Virus record (IMG/VR): IMGVR_UViG_2537561712_000026
Direction: 5' to 3' (one strand)
DNA from: a virus
Lineage: Duplodnaviria > Heunggongvirae > Uroviricota > Caudoviricetes
DNA: 10,162 nt
This document shows, piece by piece, positions 8,239 through 10,162 of this stretch. The number at the start of each line of letters is the position of its first letter. Position 1 is the first letter of the stretch. The position numbers and the translations under genes are program-made. The notes beneath the pieces are model-generated. The model had not been told where the DNA came from. It made no database searches and was given only the letters and a program-made list of their open reading frames with translations.

Positions 8239-8335
8239 CCGTTTAACTCCGTGGTTAATGGGTGAGTGATATTTTCAGTTGTGCCGGAGATGTCAGGCTA
8301 TTTGTCCCGGTTGGCTAAGGGATGACACAATTTAT
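8239..8335 (-). promoter_or_regulatory. Expected Ogr-dependent late promoter region for the FI operon (element not resolved)
   Basis: Position only: P2 late promoter P_F lies immediately upstream of FI. I could find only imperfect TGT-N12-ACA-like dyads here (for example TGT-N12-CCA on the minus strand around 8311..8329). The region overlaps the 3' end of the invertase gene. Confidence 0.3.
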
Positions 8336-8891
8336 TCTTTGTCGCTGATGAGGGGAATTTTTTATAGAGCGTGGACAGGCCAATATCAAAAATCAGCGCC
8401 ACACGTTGACGAGATTCCCCCGCAGCCAGCAACCGTCCGACCTGCTCCCACTCACTCGTGGTGAGTTTCGGTCGTCTGCCACCAATACGACCTTTGGCTC
8501 TGGCCGCTTCCAGTCCGGCGCGTGTCCGCTCGACAATGAGTTCTCGCTCCATTTCTGCCAGGGCCCCCATCACATGAAAGAAAAAGCGCCCCATCGGCGT
8601 GCTGGTATCAATAGCATCCGTCAGGCTGCGAAAATTAACGCCGCGTTCGCGCAGTTCCTCAACCAGAATGACCAGATGCCGCATACTACGCCCCAGCCTA
8701 TCCAGCTTCCAGACTACCAGAGTGTCACCTGCTGATAATGTTCTGAGCAGTTTTTTCAGTCCCGGTCGGTCGGACTTCGTGCCGCTGATTTTATCCTCAA
8801 AAATCAGCTCACATCCTGCACACTCCAGCGCATTACGCTGCAATTCCGTGTTCTGGTCATTTGTTGACACGCGTACATAGCCAATAAGCAT
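8298..8891 (-). CDS. Serine DNA invertase, Hin/Gin/Cin/Pin family
   Basis: Translation MLIGYVRVSTNDQNTELQRNAL...VVWKLDRLGRSMRHL...MGRFFFHVMGALAEMERELIVERTRAGL...GRIGGRRPKLT...STLYKK closely resembles E. coli Pin and Mu Gin, with the catalytic Ser in YVRVSTNDQ and a C-terminal helix-turn-helix. Start chosen at the ATG at 8891 (197 aa); ATG 8897 is an alternative. The ORF track's 265-aa version (to 9095) has a 66-residue N-terminal extension I consider non-coding. Confidence 0.85.
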   Translation of the reverse strand: MLIGYVRVSTNDQNTELQRNALECAGCELIFEDKISGTKSDRPGLKKLLRTLSAGDTLVVWKLDRLGRSMRHLVILVEELRERGVNFRSLTDAIDTSTPMGRFFFHVMGALAEMERELIVERTRAGLEAARAKGRIGGRRPKLTTSEWEQVGRLLAAGESRQRVALIFDIGLSTLYKKFPSSATKNKLCHPLANRDK

Positions 8892-8946
8892 GAGCATCTC
8901 CCTGAATAAAAACCGGAGATGATGCCAGTTACCCGTTATTTCTGCA

Positions 8947-8972
8947 TTTTCATAAACGTTGGTTTGGGAGAA
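8947..8972. other. Candidate 26-bp inversion crossover site (hix/gix/cix-like), left border of the invertible segment
   Basis: TTTTCATAAACG-TT-GGTTTGGGAGAA has the 12-2-12 architecture and the AAACC/GGTTT-type inner half-site motifs of hixL and gixL as I recall them (TTCTTGAAAACC-AA-GGTTTTTGATAA, TTCCTGTAAACC-GA-GGTTTTGGATAA). It lies 56 bp upstream of the invertase start and inside the open tail-fibre frame. Confidence 0.5.
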
Positions 8973-9445
8973 GCGGCAAAACGGGATGTGGGGACAGGGG
9001 AAAATCAGCCACTCCGCCGACAGGCTGGCTGAAATGCAACGGGGCGGCTTTTTCTGCTGAAGAATACCCGGAACTGGCAAAGGTTTACCCGACAAATAAA
9101 TTGCCTGATTTACGTGGTGAGTTTATTCGTGGCTGGGATGACGGACGTGGAGTGGATAACGGAAGGGGATTATTGACGCTTCAGGACGGTGCGATTGTCA
9201 GTCATAACCACTATTGGGGAATCTGGACTTCACGAACTAACGACCAGACTCTGGAAAGTTTTACAGGCACCACGATTTTAAAACAAATCACGCCCCTGTC
9301 TCCGGCCATTAACTTCGATAATTACCCAATTCCCAACCCGGCTATTACAGAGGGTGGTGTTGTTGCGGCAACGACTAAACCTGCAGGTGCGAATGAAACA
9401 CGCCCACGAAATGTCGCTTTTAACTATATTGTGAGGGCTGCATAA
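8960..9445 (+). CDS. Tail-fibre C-terminal variable (receptor-binding) cassette; no start codon or promoter in this orientation
   Basis: The frame is open from 8906 to the TAA at 9443..9445 with no in-frame ATG (the track starts it at a TTG at 9101). It encodes ...GWLKCNGAAFSAEEYPELAKVYPTNKLPDLRGEFIRGWDDGRG...RPRNVAFNYIVRAA, resembling the C-terminal region of P2 H and Mu S (AYPKLAVAYP...LPDMRG...NIAFNYIVRLA). It begins at the candidate crossover site. Confidence 0.6.
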   Translation, partial: WFGRSGKTGCGDRGKSATPPTGWLKCNGAAFSAEEYPELAKVYPTNKLPDLRGEFIRGWDDGRGVDNGRGLLTLQDGAIVSHNHYWGIWTSRTNDQTLESFTGTTILKQITPLSPAINFDNYPIPNPAITEGGVVAATTKPAGANETRPRNVAFNYIVRAA

Positions 9446-10047
9446 TGAATAACGCAGAATTAAACAGTGAATTAATTGCCACTATGGCAGGAGAAATTAC
9501 TGTTTATAACTTTGATGTCATGAGTCGGGAATATATTTCAGCTTCAACTGAATATCTTGCTATTGGTGTCGGCATTCCGGCATATTCCTGTTTAGATGCC
9601 CCAGGCGCATACAAAGCTGGTTATGCAATCTGCCGTTCTGCAGATTTTAACTCATGGGAATATGTGCCAGACCATCGCGGTGAAATCGTCTTTAGCACCG
9701 AAACAGGAGAATCAAAAGAAATCACCGCTCCGGGTGATTACCCTGATAATACAACCACTATCGCCCCGTTAACGCCATACGATAAATGGGATGGTGAGAA
9801 ATGGGTGACGGATACCGAAGCACAGCATAGCGCCGCAGTAGAAGCGGCAGAAACACAACGCCAGTCGCTGATTGATACTGCAATGGCTTCCATTAGTCTG
9901 ATTCAGCTGAAATTACAGGCCGGACGGAAGCTGACGCAGGCAGAAACCAACCGACTTAACACGGTGCTGGATTACATTGACGCGGTGACGGCAACAGATA
10001 CCAGCACCGCGCCGGATGTCATCTGGCCTGAACTGCCGGAGGCGTAG
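9445..10047 (+). CDS. Tail-fibre assembly (chaperone) protein, Tfa / P2 G / Mu U family
   Basis: 200 aa. ATG overlaps the upstream TAA (TAATG coupling). C-terminus ...LDYIDAVTATDTSTAPDVIWPELP has the conserved Tfa C-terminal motif. Confidence 0.8.
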   Translation: MNNAELNSELIATMAGEITVYNFDVMSREYISASTEYLAIGVGIPAYSCLDAPGAYKAGYAICRSADFNSWEYVPDHRGEIVFSTETGESKEITAPGDYPDNTTTIAPLTPYDKWDGEKWVTDTEAQHSAAVEAAETQRQSLIDTAMASISLIQLKLQAGRKLTQAETNRLNTVLDYIDAVTATDTSTAPDVIWPELPEA

Positions 10048-10162
10048 GCCATTCAATATCTGGCGCACTGGCGGTATCGACCAGCTCCAGTGCGTCCAGA
10101 TAATCCAGCCACAAATTATATTGTGCCAGTTCCTCACCTTTCAGATGGTAATGGATGGATGA
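10019..10162 (-). CDS. Second tail-fibre assembly protein, C-terminal 47 codons only (5' end beyond window)
   Basis: Minus-strand frame reads ...HYHLKGEELAQYNLWLDYLDALELVDTASAPDIEWPTPPAVQAR with stop at 10019..10021. This is the same conserved Tfa C-terminal motif, convergent with and overlapping the plus-strand tfa by 29 bp. It is absent from the ORF track because no start codon lies inside the window. Confidence 0.65.
   Translation of the reverse strand, partial: SSIHYHLKGEELAQYNLWLDYLDALELVDTASAPDIEWPTPPAVQAR

Larger units (their letters stand above)
1507..10162. mobile_element. P2-like prophage, ogr-proximal end with tail module and tail-fibre inversion region (continues beyond window)
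   Basis: Contiguous P2-syntenic genes ogr-D-U-T-E'/E-FII-FI with P2-identical lengths, bounded on the left by the att core inside the cyaR 3' end. Confidence 0.85.

Noticed and set aside
8892-9095. 66-residue N-terminal extension of the invertase ORF in the six-frame track (265 aa in total)
   Set aside because: Hin/Gin/Pin invertases are about 185-195 aa and begin MLIGYVRVS. The extension (MSGKPLPVPGILQQKKPPRCIS...) has no homology-like features, overlaps the candidate crossover site and the opposite-strand tail-fibre frame, and there is a GGGAG Shine-Dalgarno just before the internal ATGs at 8897/8891.
9040-9105. Possible additional gix-like site around GGTTTACCCGACAA (about 9081..9094)
   Set aside because: It lacks the upstream AAACC-type half-site and the 12-2-12 symmetry; likely a chance GGTTT occurrence within coding sequence.
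9913-10137. 74-aa minus-strand ORF (MRNWHNIICGWIIWTHW...)
   Set aside because: Trp/Cys-rich, implausible composition, and it overlaps the plus-strand tfa gene. The real minus-strand coding signal in this region is in a different frame (the conserved Tfa C-terminus ...DTASAPDIEWP), which I annotated instead.
1-10162. CRISPR arrays, tRNA or rRNA genes, insertion sequences, toxin-antitoxin pairs or defence islands
   Set aside because: I found no direct-repeat/spacer periodicity, no tRNA-like cloverleaf candidates in the short intergenic regions, no transposase-like ORFs and no unexplained ORFs outside the P2 gene set. The only non-P2 cargo is the invertase and fibre cassette system.

Overview
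The window is the junction between an E. coli-type chromosome and one end of a P2-like (Peduovirus-type) prophage; I see no novel defence or other undescribed system in it. Host side: a complete U32-peptidase-family gene (yegQ/rlhA, 1..1362, +) and the CRP-dependent sRNA cyaR (about 1447..1533, +). The last 27 nt of cyaR match the P2 attachment core as I remember it, so everything to the right of about 1507 is prophage. The prophage part is the canonical P2 late tail module, all on the minus strand and with lengths matching P2: ogr (72 aa), D (387), U (159), T tape measure (815), E (91) with its -1 frameshift product E+E' (142), FII tail tube (172) and FI tail sheath (396). The most interesting region is the right end. 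Where P2 carries Z/fun, this element has a Hin/Gin/Pin-family serine DNA invertase (8298..8891, -). It is followed by what looks like an invertible tail-fibre segment: a candidate 26-bp crossover site (8947..8972), a start-less tail-fibre C-terminal cassette (to 9445, +), a coupled tail-fibre assembly gene (9445..10047, +), and the 3' end of a convergent second assembly gene on the minus strand running off the window. All protein identifications are from recognition of the translated sequences and length/synteny agreement with P2, not from a database search.
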